Origin: Octopus sinensis
Taxonomy: Eukaryota
Assembly (NCBI RefSeq): GCF_006345805.1
Contig: NC_043003.1
Location: 109,864,001 to 109,928,000, forward strand
Length of the DNA stretch: 64,000 bases
Direction of reading: 5' to 3'
In this document: positions 25,270 to 38,392 of the stretch, piece after piece
Position numbering within the stretch: position 1 is the stretch's first letter
Layout of the letters: each line of letters opens with the position of its first letter
Made by a program: the position numbers and the translations under genes
The notes under the pieces: generated by a model
Told to the model about the DNA's origin: nothing
Database searches by the model: none
What the model saw: only the letters and a program-made list of their open reading frames with translations

Positions 25270-25681
25270 TATTACTGTTCTTATCTTAACTCATGTCCAT
25301 TGGACGGAAATCTTCAGCGGCACTTTCCGTCCTCTTCTGTGCTCCTACTCCACTTAGTCCATTCTGTTCTATGTTGTGTATCCTTTTGTGCGCATGCGTT
25401 TGCACCTGTATTTGTATGTGTTTACATGTGTGTGTGTGTGTGTGTATCGTTGTTCTTAGTGGTACTATAACCCTCTCCTCATTCCCGTTCCCCTTCCCCG
25501 TTGCCGCTATTGCTGCCCTTGACACCGACTTTAGGTACCGCTCCTGTATCTCACTGTGTTTGTGTCTGCCCACGCTGCTACCATCATTGTAGGTGTTGCT
25601 GTTGCTGTCGCCGCTTTTGCTGCTGTCGTTGCTGGTCAACAGCAGCAACGGCAACAAGAACACCTGCTGCTGCTGCTGCTA

Positions 25682-25717
<36 letters not shown>

Positions 25718-26050
25718 TGGCAGTAGCGAGGGCGAACACGCAAACATAGAGAGATAAAGGAACGGTACCAAGAGTCGGGGTCAAGGGAAGTAACAATGGT
25801 AATAGGGGAGGGGCACAGTACTACTAAGAATAACGACACACACACTCGCAAATACAGATGCAAAGAAAACGCGAATACCCACGCAAATACAGACACAAAC
25901 GCATGCGCATATAAGGACACACGTCATAGAAGAACAGAATGGACTAAGCGGAGCAGGAGTACACACGGGAACGTAAAGTGTCGCTGAAGAGGTTAGAGAT
26001 GTGTGACGAAAGATCTCCGGACAATAGACATGAGTTAAAATAAGAACAAA
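25270..26050. mobile_element. Older inverted-repeat pair flanking a (CTG)/(ACT) microsatellite
   Basis: 25270-25580 is a diverged reverse complement of 25740-26050 (e.g. ACTTAGTCCATTCTGTTCT / AGAACAGAATGGACTAAG; CTTATCTTAACTCATGTC / GACATGAGTTAAAATAAG). Confidence 0.75.
25979..26023 (+). ncRNA. Degenerate minimal hammerhead motif
   Basis: UGUCG-CUGAAGA-g-GUUA gagaugug UGAC-GAAA-GAUC-UC^-CGGACA: core intact, palindromic GAUC stem III, stems I and II each off by about one base. Confidence 0.5.
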
Positions 26051-26138
26051 ATTAAACGACTGAAGAACGAATATATAGTGCGTGTGCTTATTTGGTACAA
26101 AAAATGACCATATCGAAATACAATATCTATATCCATAT

Positions 26139-26185
<47 letters not shown>

Positions 26186-26292
26186 ATATATATATATATA
26201 CATGAAATTAAATAAGGGTAGAAATTGATAGTAATCAATTAAAACCAGTGGCCTAGCACATTTAAAAAATCCGAAGATTAAAAATTTTTTAC

Positions 26293-26428
26293 ATACAAAA
26301 TTTTGGGGATTGACCACTATAAGTGGACAGCCTGTATGCTAGATATAGATGTCAAAATCGTAATTTTTCTCGGAGATTTTGACATCTATATCTAGCTGGC
26401 CACTTTTAGTGGTCAATCTTCTAAACTT

Positions 26429-26433
<5 letters not shown>
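26293..26433. repeat. Short palindrome with ~60-bp arms and a 15-nt loop
   Basis: GATTGACCACTATAAGTGG...CTAGATATAGATGTCAAAATC / GATTTTGACATCTATATCTAG..CCACTTTTAGTGGTCAATC. Confidence 0.85.
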
Positions 26434-26469
<36 letters not shown>

Positions 26470-26739
26470 TAATCTAATCCAAACAAGAACTAAATGAAGA
26501 TAAAAATGCAAAGAGAGTATATATAAGAATTCATTGAAATGAAAATGAATGCATTGTGCTGGTTTCAAAAGTGGAAGTTATCAAAATTACACAAATGTGA
26601 AATCAGTCAGATGTGCTAATTTTCGTTTAAATAAAACCTTTTTATATATTCTATGTGTATTTCCTACTTACACTATTTCCTCTCCGTCTCCCCTCTTTTG
26701 ATATATATATTTGCCTTGATGTTTTATCGTTTACTTGTT

Positions 26740-27050
26740 TCAGCCATTAGACTACGGCCATGTAGCGCTTCTGCTTGAAGAAATTTAGTCGAATGAACCG
26801 ATCCGAGTCCGTTTTAAAAGCCTGGTCTTTTATCCGAAACGTTAAGTTACGAGGGCGTAAACTAACCAACCTCTTTTCCAAGCGGTTGTGTGTGTGTGTG
26901 TGGGGGACAAACGCATATACAAAGACACAAGCACACGCACGCACACACACAAACACATACACATTCATACGCGCACATGTCGTAAACTTCTTTCAGTTTC
27001 TGACAAACAAATTCCCTCAATAGTGTTTGCTCGGTCCCAGGCAATAGCAG
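26740..27050 (-). mobile_element. 5'-truncated CORE-like (TG)n SINE
   Basis: Matches the reverse complement of the 33422-33870 family (CGGCCATG, GTTACGAGGGCGTAAAC, TTTCAGTTTCTGACAAACAAATTCC). Confidence 0.7.
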
Positions 27051-27419
27051 AAAACGAAAACTAAAAAACTAGTTTTACCATCCTATAGCAAAAAATATTT
27101 TTACCAATCCATAGCAAAACCGTTGTAGGATGCATTGATAATTTTTGGTACTTTGAAGTAGCTGGGGATACAATAGTTTGACCAAAAGTAGGGGATTTTG
27201 ATTTAGCTGTGTATGGCTATGTTTTTGAAAGAATGATTTTAAAATAAGTAATGGTATGATTTTAAATACAATCTGAAAAAATATAAGCGTGGGAAACTGT
27301 TTCTCTAAATATCACTTGAACAAAGTCCAGGCGTGGGAAAGTCTTTCTTTAAATATGATATGATTTTTAAAAAATCATAAATATGATCTGCGTTTCTTAA
27401 AATTTTTATCCATATATTT

Positions 27420-27870
27420 CCAAACCAACTGTTCGATTTCGGTGAGAACTTCTTTATAAAATATAGTTCCATCGTCTTCCGGGAGTTTGGGTCGTTCCTT
27501 GAGCATTTATAGAAGGGGAAGATCTTGAATTTTTTTTCTCCACATATTTCCAAATGTTTGCTCAGTGGAATTTTCTATAGCTCCCCTTGTCGGATTTGCT
27601 GTCTGTGGATTCTTGCGCGATGGCAAAGGGAATTATTGGTCTCACCAATATAATTTTCTTTGCATTTGGGGCAAGTAATGCAGTAGATGCGATTTTGTGT
27701 ATTGCAGTTCATATTTGCATTTACGTTGAACGTGAATCCACTCCTAAATTTCAAGTGAGTGTCCCCATCTATTATATTTAACGTTATTGTTTTGTTGCAT
27801 CTTCCACATCTGCTATCTCCACATTACGGAATATATCAACAAACAATCCAAGAAACATGGTTGCATATAA
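27420..27870 (-). mobile_element. Penelope-like element GIY-YIG endonuclease domain (ORF 3' end)
   Basis: CGDSRCGRC...NMNCNTQNRIYCITCPKCKENYIGETNNSLCHRARIHRQQI...LSKHLEICG...MELYFIKKFSP. Confidence 0.9.
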
Positions 27871-27984
27871 CATCATTTATCAGAATATATCTAGTTGAAG
27901 AAGGACCTGCCAATGAAAAAAGCAGTCGAAATACATAAATTTATTAAAAGTGAAATCAACGTAATTCTTTAAAAAAGTCTCTTA

Positions 27985-28360
27985 CTACGCCGATACCCCA
28001 CCCACAAAACACAATCCTAATTGTGGGACCTGCATCAACCTTATGAAAGGTTAAACATATGAATTCGAGTCTTGTCAAACATTCTCAACAACTGCAAATC
28101 GAGGAAGTTGATTTATGTTCTCAAATGAGGCAAGTTTGCTGAGGGTTACATAAATCAAACGAGCTTCACTTTGATGGTCAAAATGACGGTACATGAGCAA
28201 CATATTCGGGACCCATTAAACACCTAGATCTGTGCCACTCGCTCGAATATCTAAAATAGCAAATGTTCCCTTTATTTTAGTGCACCGCAAACATTTCAGC
28301 CCAATTCCGACTAAATAAAGAAACTATGTTCATTAATGAATATAAACCACAACTAATTAC
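27985..28360 (+). mobile_element. Second, more decayed PLE GIY-YIG fragment
   Basis: Frameshifted CGTCINLMKG.TYEFESCQTFSTTAN...IYVLK...MTVHEQHIRDP...RLNKETMFINEYKPQL. Confidence 0.75.
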
Positions 28361-28797
28361 TCTCTAGCAACGCATCAGAATGAGAAAACTTAATTTATTC
28401 ACGGAAAACGATTAGAAATTAAAAGTTTAAGTAACGGGCTGCCTCTGAGATTCGAAACCTTACCCCCAAACTGCTGTACAGTAACGCATTGTACCTTGTC
28501 AATCCAAATTACTGAAGTCACCCTAGACTGAGGTTAGATTTTTTTCTGGTAAAAAAACGCCCAGAAAACGAATAAACATCGAGCTGACCAAAACAAGTGG
28601 CTTCTTAATGAAACCAGCCAACCGGAATGCTGGATGACCGTCAGACAACAACGACTTACCAAGACAAAAACAAATGACGTATGCAGAAAGTCAGCCAACC
28701 AGAGCTAGTGATCGCTAGTGATCAAAAACAACTGGACAAAACAGGAAGTCACCAGGAAGTCAATCAACCACAACGCTGAATTTCTGCTAAACCGAAA

Positions 28798-28943
28798 TAT
28801 TAGGTTGTCCCAAAAGTTCGCAAACACTTGCGAAAATTGAATTTTTACTCGCCAAGTACTAACAAAAACAAAAAAAAATTATTCCTCAAAATAAAGACCA
28901 TTATTTTCCAAGACTTTCTACGAACTTTTGGGACAACTTTATA
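28798..28943. mobile_element. mariner-derived MITE (~145 bp)
   Basis: TIRs TATTAGGTTGTCCCAAAAGTTCG / CGAACTTTTGGGACAACTTTATA; a related TIR is at 50852. Confidence 0.85.
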
Positions 28944-30396
28944 TGTGGCCAGAACATTCGAAAAACAAGTGAAATATTCAAGCAGTCACCTAGCCAGCAA
29001 AGATACCGGAGACCACAGGCGGACAAAAACAAGTGATGCCATTAAGTTTACAACCAATCAGAATTTGAAATCATTACATTATATATACACATTACTTTCT
29101 GCTTAAAATCGATCAAGCTCTTAATAGGAATTCCAGCGACGAAGAACCTCTTTCATGCTCTACGAGAAAAATTATAAATAAAAGAATCTTTATTCATTCT
29201 GTTTTTTCTTACTTTGTTAAAACTTTCATCGTATTTAATTGTTAATATAGCTAAATCTTACTCAACTTTCGATCATATACGACTGTTATAAAATTCATCG
29301 AACATTTGAACTTGTATTACTGTTTATCTCTGTGAAACTTATTGAATATCGTAATTTGCATGGACGTTTGATCTTTTAAAGGTATTTTCCTGAATGTTTC
29401 CTTGTGACTCCAATCTCTCCTATATTATTTCCTGTGTGGCAATACACTCCTTTTCTACACACACACACAACACACACACACATTCTATCTCACACACGAA
29501 CACACAAATACACACACACTCACACATACACAGAAATCACACCCCCACACGTATAATACAATTTTCTAGTGATACATGCAAGCATAAGCATCCATTTAGC
29601 CACACCTACCTATTGACATATATAGACATACGCATAAAGGAATTTATATATGTGTGTGTGAGCGCGTATTTAAATGTGTACGTGTATATGTGCGCGTGTG
29701 TCAGTGCATCGATGTATCTGTATGTGCATTTATGTACATCAACGGGTTTAGGGCCTGAAAAAACGTTGTATGGTCGTGAAACCCAGGGTAACCCCATGCA
29801 TCGGCCATATCAATTTTTATCTATATACTATACTAGTCTATAACTAAGAGTGTGCTTCTTTTTCGGATTTATGAATTACTGATGATATGTATATGTGTGC
29901 GCGCGTGTGTACGTGTGTGTATGTGTGTGTGTACGTGTGTGTGTGTGTGTGTGTGTATACTATATATATAGATTAGGGACAGGCATTCTCTGTATAGAAT
30001 GCACTTCGTAGGGCTTAAGAGATTTGAACTTGAACAAGTGGAGGAGTAAATTTGACAAGCAAGTTACATAATTCGATATACAAAATATGTTAAATGCATT
30101 TAATACCAAAAATGTACATATGTCTATATATATAAAAAGTCCGACTTACACAGGATACAAATAATATCAGGAATTAAAAGGATTGAAAAAGAAAGTTACG
30201 AGTCGTGTGGGTGTTTCTTAATTCTTGGTGGTCCAAAATAATGATTGTAACTTGATTCCATCAACGGATAACATCAGCCTCCATCTTCAGGGAAGAATTT
30301 TAATAAATTTAGTTCTCAACAAAATCATTCCATCTTTAAACTCCATTTTATCAAAGACTCAAATGTATATACGCGTATATATATATATGCATATGT

Positions 30397-30778
30397 GGAG
30401 GCGTAATGGCGCAGTGGTTAGGGCAGCGGACTCGCGGTCGTAGGATCGCGGTTTCGATTCCCAGACCGGGCGTTGTGAGTGTTTATTGAGCGAAAACACC
30501 TAAAGCTCCACGAGGCTCCGGCAGGGGATCGTGGTGATCCCTGCTGTACTCTTTCACCACAACTTTCTCTCACTCTTACTTCCTGTTTCTGTTGTACCTG
30601 TATTTCAAAGGGCCGGCCTTGTCACTCTCTGTGTCACGCTGAATACCCCCGAGAACTACGTTAAGGGTACACGTGTCTGTGGAATGCTCAGCCACTTACA
30701 CGTTAATTTCACGAGCAGGCTGTTCCGTTGATCGGATCAACCGGAACCCTCATCGTCGTAACCGACGGAGTGCTTCCA
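30397..30778 (+). mobile_element. Full-length tRNA-derived SINE (UCG anticodon-like loop, tRNA-Arg-like) with a probable 10-bp TSD
   Basis: A box TGGCGCAGTGG, B box GTTTCGATTCC; ATATGCATAT at 30385-30394 and 30778-30787; 3' hairpin GTTGATC-G-GATCAAC. Confidence 0.9.
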
Positions 30779-31539
30779 TATGCATATATGCGTACAGAAC
30801 GTCACCAATTGTGTAAACAAAATTAAACACGAAAACAAGCGAATTGAATACGCAAGCAATGAGAGAGAAATGGAAAAGAGGTCACATTTTGTTTTTGAAA
30901 AGAGAAAAGATAGTAGTGAGAGAAAAAACCTCGTCCGTTCTTTTGAACGTCGGTGTAGGAAACAAAGATGGTCACACGAGAAAAAGAAACATGGACGATG
31001 GTTACGTGTGAACAACCAGATAGAGAGAGAAAAAAGAGAAAAAGGGGAGAGAGAGAGAGAGACAGATAGAAAACGGTGAAGGGAAGAAAAGTGAATTAGA
31101 GAAGAATGGGGGAATAGTATAGTATAGAGTCGCATCAAAAATGTTAAGATAAACTTACTTGGAAATGGATGCCTGGCATTCAATTGAATAATAATATACA
31201 TAATATATATATATATATGTGCATAGGACGTCCCCAACTGTGTAAACAACATGAAGTTCAGTAGTTCCCTCTCGTTCTAGTCTAACGACCCTCCATATTT
31301 GTTTTCGTTCGCTTTCATTGTATGTCTCCACTGTCCTGTTTTTGTTGTCATAAATCCAGCGGAGCTCTTCGTCGGAAACATAGGAAAAGGAAAGATCCAG
31401 AGAAGGGAAGACAGAGGAAAAAAATCGCCAACAGTACACACGCGGTCACATTTTGAATAGTTAATCCAAACATGAAAATACAAAGAGAAAGCACAACAAC
31501 ACGAGGACGTGGAACAATTATAGTATTATTGGACGGGAC

Positions 31540-32340
<801 letters not shown>

Positions 32341-33421
32341 GTTTGAGTTAATGATCAGTTACAATGAAAAGAATAAAATCTGAAGGACTACTCTAATCTT
32401 GTAGTGTACAAATTTATTTTTTAGGAATTATATGTATATACTATGTGTGTCACACACACGCACACATACACCCACACACATTCATACACACATGCCACCC
32501 ACACATTCACACAAACACACACACACATACACACACACATACACATTTACATGTATGGATGTATATATATTAGACAGACACAAGCAGTTACGGAAAGGAT
32601 ACATTTTGGACAACTTAGTATGACGATATTTCAGAGACTGGTTTGAATATTTCTAATGCGAAAATTTCACCAAACAATGACATTCCCTATTTACGTTGAT
32701 GCTAATGCAGACGAGAATTGTTTACGGTATTTCTTTCCTGGAGACACTGGAATCTTAATTAATGCTCACATATTGAGTTCACACAGTACGTTACTTATTG
32801 GTCTTTAGGTTCCATTAATTTGAACAATCAAACACAGTAACAAGCCTGTACATATACGTATACATATGTGTACATATGTGTACACCAGAATATACAAACA
32901 TACGCTTGCTAATGCATAAGTATGTACAAATGGGCGCGTGTTCAGAAATATATATAGCGGTTCATCTTTGGATTGCCTTTAGCTGTCAGGAATCGTGAGT
33001 AACGAACCTGTAAAATTTTATATTTTATTATTATTATTTGCCATACTTTCAAATTAATTGTAAGCACGTCATTGATGCTGTGTTTTTGTGCTTTAATCCC
33101 ATGTAAGTCATAATTTGGCACGCCGATGATCAAGGCTTTTCTAGCGATTAGGTTTCTCTCTGGTTTAGAAAGAAAATGTACCGAGATCTAAATTATCCAA
33201 TGCATCATTTCTAATTTTTGTCTCCCTCAAGATATGATGGCATGATTGAAGAGGGATTTAACTACTGTTTCTACCAGGTCGAGACCCCGCCTAAAGTATT
33301 CTCTGTTCGCTCATTAAATGTAATTGTGGATTTTGACCGAACACATTATTTTACATATATTTAGTTTGATTAGATATCGTAGACAAGTACCACACCGTTC
33401 TGTTAAAATTTTATATACATA

Positions 33422-33870
33422 GGCGCAGGCGTTGCTTTGTGGTAAGGTTTGCTTCGCACCACACGATTTCGGTTTAAGTCCTACTGCGTGACTTTTTTGA
33501 TATGTGAATTCTACAACAACTCGAGCCCGACCAAGCTTTGGGAGTGGATATTGTGGATTGTACCCCCTTTGGATGGGTACATGTGTGTATGTGTGTGTGT
33601 GTGTGTGTGTATGTGTGTGTGTGTGTGTGTGTACATGTGGTTGTCTTTGTGCAATTATTTGAGCTCCCACCATCAGCGCTCGACAATCAGTGTTGTTGTG
33701 TTTACGCTCCCGTAACTAGCGGTTCGTCAAAAGATATCGATAGAATGAGTACCAAGTTTAAAGAAACAAAAATTACTGGCGGGGAGGGGGGTCGATTGTT
33801 CGTCTAAACTCTTCAAGCTGGTACTCCAGCATGGTCGCAGTCCAATGACAGAAACACATTAGAAGACTAA
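33422..33870 (+). mobile_element. Full-length CORE-like tRNA-derived SINE with internal (TG)n
   Basis: Head as at 12872; tail CCCGTAACTAGCGGTTCG...GATAGAATGAGTACC...CCAGCATGGTCGCAGTC. Confidence 0.85.
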
Positions 33871-34189
33871 AAGTGTGTGAAAATATACTTTCGAAGCCAT
33901 TCTACACGAATGCTGTAATTTATCTGCTTCATCATTTCTTCCCTGTTTGCCGCTGTCGATCAGTTTTCTGCGCATCGACGATCACTTAGGAGAATGGAGC
34001 ATTGAATATCTTACTAACGACACTGAAACAAACATAAATCTTTATCCTCTTAATTAGCTTAACTCTAAAAATATGCAACAGGTTGTTATAATCCGTAAGA
34101 AGTAGCAAAAAATATATGCGACTAAATAAATAAAAATTTGTTGTGTGGACACCCCCTGACGATGAAGAAGGTTAGCCCAATACCTAAAT

Positions 34190-34428
34190 ATATATTTCTT
34201 TACTACCCACAAGGGGCTAAACATAGAGGGGACAAACAAGGATAAACAAACGGATTCAGTCGATTACATCGACCCCAGTGCGAAACTGGTACTTTATTTA
34301 TCGACCCCGAAAGGATGAAAGGCAAAGTCGACCGCGGCGGAATTTGAACTCAGAATGTAAAGACAGAGACGAAATACTGCTAAGAATTTCGCCCGGCGCG
34401 CCAACGTTTCTGCCAGCTCGCCGCCTTC
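34190..34428 (-). mobile_element. Near full-length GGCGGCGAGCTGGCAGAAACGTT SINE
   Basis: Minus strand: GGCGGCGAGCTGGCAGAAACGTTGGCGCGCCGGGCGAAATT...GAGTTCAAATTCCGCC..GGTCGACTTTGCCTTTCATCC. Confidence 0.88.
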
Positions 34429-34639
34429 CAATCCGTAAATATAGTCGGAGAAGCCTAGACGTCAGAGTTCAGACTAGAACAGAGTAGTGTAGAGTAGCGG
34501 TGAGAGTAGAGTTGAGTAGCTGTCATCCGAACGTGCGACATAACAGGGGGGCGACGAGGATTTCGTATCTCACACAGCCACTATGTAGTATTGCGACATA
34601 ACAAATCAAAAAGGGGTTGACGTGGAAAAAATCTGGTTT

Positions 34640-35120
34640 CAAGCTGTTTGTGGATCAATCAAGACTGGGAAGGTTGAAGTCCCCCATCATTAATATGTTG
34701 TCAGCATGTCACTGATGGATGAAACACTTAATACTGTTGAGGCATTCCTTGAAGCGTAGTAAAGGAGTTAGGGGTAGCCTATGCAGCACAGCTACTATTA
34801 AATTGTTGGTTTTACCATACGCAGAAGCTGCTTCATAGTAGCCATTGGTAAATACGCCCATTATTTCAGCCGAAAAAGCATCGGGCACAAAATGGTGGTC
34901 CCACCCTTTCTTCTGCCGACATGATCTACCTGGATAGTTGTAAAATTCTTCACTCTCACCTCAGCTTCCAAGTGGAGGTTATTGAGATGGGCCTCTGTGA
35001 GGACGAAGAAAGGGATATGTTGTGGATCTTCCATTTTTGGGCATTGGTGGAAGGGCTGATGCCTTGTGAATTGAGCTAAAATGTCGAGACGATAATGGTG
35101 GCTGATTTTGAAGGTTTTGA
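34640..35120 (-). mobile_element. CR1-like LINE apurinic endonuclease fragment
   Basis: PFFVLTEAHL...VDHVGRRKGG...LIVAVLHRLP...NILMMGDFNLPSLD (APE motifs TE, GG and GDFN). Confidence 0.8.
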
Positions 35121-35555
35121 TGATTAGCCGTCGTTTTTGACTAGTTTTTTACTAGTGTTTTAGTAATGTTTAAAGCAGGAAAGCTGAACGTAAACTAGGA
35201 GCTGTTTCGAAATAAAATAAAAGCGGTGTATTAAGCTGACCTTTATTATTGTATGTTATGCAAGTATGGCTATTCAATATTAGATGCCATGTTTGCGCAG
35301 GATAATGTGGTCAATTGAATATCTGAGTTAATTACGCGCTTCTTATTAATTTTGCTTTCTTGAATTTCCCTGCCCTTCATCACTTATTCCATCATGTCAG
35401 CTATTCGTCATAGCAACCAACCAACCAACCGACCGACCGACCGACCAACCAACCAACCAAACAAACAAACAATGAACCAACCAATTAACCAGTCTCTCCG
35501 TCATTCTCTTGTCTCTTATTATATTTATCAGTTTCATATCTCATTACTCGTTTCC

Positions 35556-35627
<72 letters not shown>

Positions 35628-35634
35628 GTCTATA

Positions 35635-35804
35635 TTTTTTTTGTTCTTTTCTTCCCTTTTACGATCCCTCTTGATCGAAAACCTACGCCACCCCTTTTTT
35701 GGTTTTGTTTCTTTTGTTTTTTGTTTTTTTCGTCCCCCAAAAGAAAAGGTTTACCTTGTAACTTGTCCCATCTGTACGCAGCCCTGTGTGGCCAATAAAG
35801 AAAC
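35635..35804 (+). mobile_element. Short 3'UTR-only copy of the Tx1 LINE inside (TATC)n
   Basis: Matches 36590-36742 (TTTTACGATCCCT.TTGATCGAA...CCTTGTAA.TTGT.C.ATCTGT..GCAGCCCT.TGTGGC.AATAAAGAAAC). Confidence 0.85.
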
Positions 35805-35815
35805 TTATCTATCTA

Positions 35816-35877
<62 letters not shown>

Positions 35878-35886
35878 CCTACCTAC

Positions 35887-35933
<47 letters not shown>

Positions 35934-36635
35934 AGCGACGAAACAGTTCTGCACGCACTCGTTCAGTGTCCAACAATTTCCGACCTGTGGGCTTATGTCG
36001 AACAACTGCTGTCACGTGTGGGACGAGTCGGTTTATCAGCTGAGTCTATCGTCAATATTGTCACGCCTCCTTCCTTCAAACGGGAAGGAAGAGCTATTTT
36101 CATCATCCTTGTGGCTATGGCGAAAGAATGTATCTGGTGGACGCGTCTGAAAGGATTGGAGACAAACACTTTCCTCTCTGGTCAATCTCTCATCAACTTC
36201 TTCAAGTACCACTTGAAAAGGAAAGTGAGAGTAGAGAGGCAAGTTTTGTCTAGCGAATGTTTTAAAAAAAGATGGGTGAATGTAGCAAGAATGGCACGTA
36301 TGAATGACGAAGCCACCTTGAGCATAGTCCTATGAACCCAGAAATCGAAAACAGAGAGTTGCTTATTTGCAAAAAAAAAAAAAAAAAAAAAAAGAAATAT
36401 AAAATGTGACTTCATTGACCGAGGTTACCGTGGTCTTTTCCGCAGGCTTTTCTTTCCACGGGTAAACCTCACCTGTCCTCCCCTTTACACTTCATATTGA
36501 CATTTCTGTGATAACGATCCCTATTGATCATTTTTTTTCCTCTCCCCCCCCTTTTTTTTTTTTTTTTTTTTAACCCCCCTTATTTTTGTCCTCTTTCTCT
36601 CCTTTTACGATCCCTTTTGATCGAACCTCCCCCTT

Positions 36636-36671
<36 letters not shown>

Positions 36672-36742
36672 CCTTCAAAAGAAAAGCTCTACCTTGTAAT
36701 TTGTTCTATCTGTGTGCAGCCCTCTGTGGCTAATAAAGAAAC
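35934..36742 (+). mobile_element. 5'-truncated Tx1/L1-clade LINE: ORF2 C-terminus plus 3'UTR, inside (TATC)n
   Basis: FIILVAMAKECIWWTRLKGL...LINFFKYHLKRKVRVER...FKKRWVNVARMARM; ends AATAAAGAAAC followed by ATATCTATCT. Confidence 0.8.
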
Positions 36743-36766
36743 ATATCTATCTTTCTTTCTTTCTAT

Positions 36767-36806
<40 letters not shown>

Positions 36807-36887
36807 TTATGTACGTATATTTTCCACACTGAATAACTGAATCACATCACGTAGAGATTTTCTTCAGCTTTTTGACCTTTCTAAAGG

Positions 36888-36930
<43 letters not shown>

Positions 36931-37374
36931 TATTTAATTACCCTTCACTTGACAGTGAGTGATATGATAGCTTAAAACAAAAGAACGAATTCATTCTATT
37001 CAATACCTTGAAGAGCGAAGTTATAAGTAGTGCAGAATTAGAGTTATCTGTTGCCAAATGTATTATAATGTTAGCGGTGTCACAGTCTAGAGCTTTTCAA
37101 AAGACTTTATATATTGATTAGAATTTTAGGCTCTGAGCAATTCAAGGAACAAATAATAGTTTACTGAAATGCGGTACTTGGCTGAGTAAATGAGAACTGA
37201 CATAGTATTGTATTTCTACCTTTCTGAATATAAAGCAAATCTCAAATCTAATAATACTAAGCTATGGATGCTTCTTTTGTTCAAAGAAAAATAAATACAT
37301 GAGATAGACGAGCGTGTTTCAAATATTTGACATATTTAAGTGGAATCTACTATCTATTATTTATTGCTTCTTTC

Positions 37375-37577
37375 GGTTACTAGACTTCGGTCATGCTAGG
37401 GTATCGCTTTGAAGAATTCTAAGCCGAATGATTTGGCCCCAGGTCTTATTTTTTGTGAAGCTTGATGCTTATTCTACCAATCTCATTTAGGCGAACCGTC
37501 AGATTACTGGGACGTAAAACTCGCATCACCGGTTGTCATGAGGTGGTAGTGAAGAAACAGATACAGACACACACGCG

Positions 37578-37634
<57 letters not shown>

Positions 37635-37651
37635 TTATATATATATGCATG

Positions 37652-37685
<34 letters not shown>

Positions 37686-37936
37686 TGTATGTATGTATGT
37701 ATGTATGTATGCATGCATGCATGTGTGTATGTATGTATGTGTGTGTGTGTGTGTGTGAGTGTGTGTGCTTACGGTGTCTTCTTTCAGTTTCCGTCAACCA
37801 AATCCATTCCCAAGGCTCTGATTGGCCCAACGCTATAGTAGAAGGACCCTTGGCTAAGGTGTCCCGTAGTGGGACTAAACTCTGAACCATGTGGTTGGGA
37901 AGCAAGATTCACACCAGACGGACACGACTGCGCCTG
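37375..37936 (-). mobile_element. Full-length CORE-like SINE with an expanded internal microsatellite
   Basis: Head (CAGGCGCAGTCGTG...TTGCTTCCCAACCACATGGTTC) at ~37870-37936; tail at 37375-37560. Confidence 0.85.
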
Positions 37937-38392
37937 GAATAATAATATTTCTTGATTATACGCTAGAAGATATTTGAAGCTGGAGTAAGAATTTATGAAA
38001 GATTGTAATTGGTGTTATTGATTGTGAGTGAAAGATATATAAAAAGAAAAGATTCTGGTTTGGTGAGAGGAGGAGAGAGAAAGAAGAATATAGCAGGAAG
38101 CCAAACATACAGCACTGGCAAGGATTAGTCTGGCATCCGGCTCAAATTTATAAATAAATAAATTTCTTTCCTTATTTTCATACTTCGAAATATTCTGTAA
38201 AATACATATCGCTAACATGAGTCCGATTGGAGTCCGACTACATAATACGGCCCGACTGGAGCTGCAACTAACGCCATTTCCGATTCGTTAATCTACGCAA
38301 CTTAGGGAGAATTTCAACTTTTCTTTTATAGTACTGTGTGTACATTATGTGTATATACGTATATATAAATAATCAGTATATGATTTAACTTA

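Noticed and set aside
30397-30470. tRNA-Arg-like sequence, and similar heads at 19776, 12872 and 55420-55492
   Set aside because: Each continues into a multi-copy SINE body and lacks a complete cloverleaf, so these are SINE heads rather than tRNA genes.
32955-33015. Splice-like signals on both strands (AATC|GTGAGT on plus; TTTTACAG| on minus)
   Set aside because: The peptides are short and unrecognisable, and a matching partner splice site is weak or absent.
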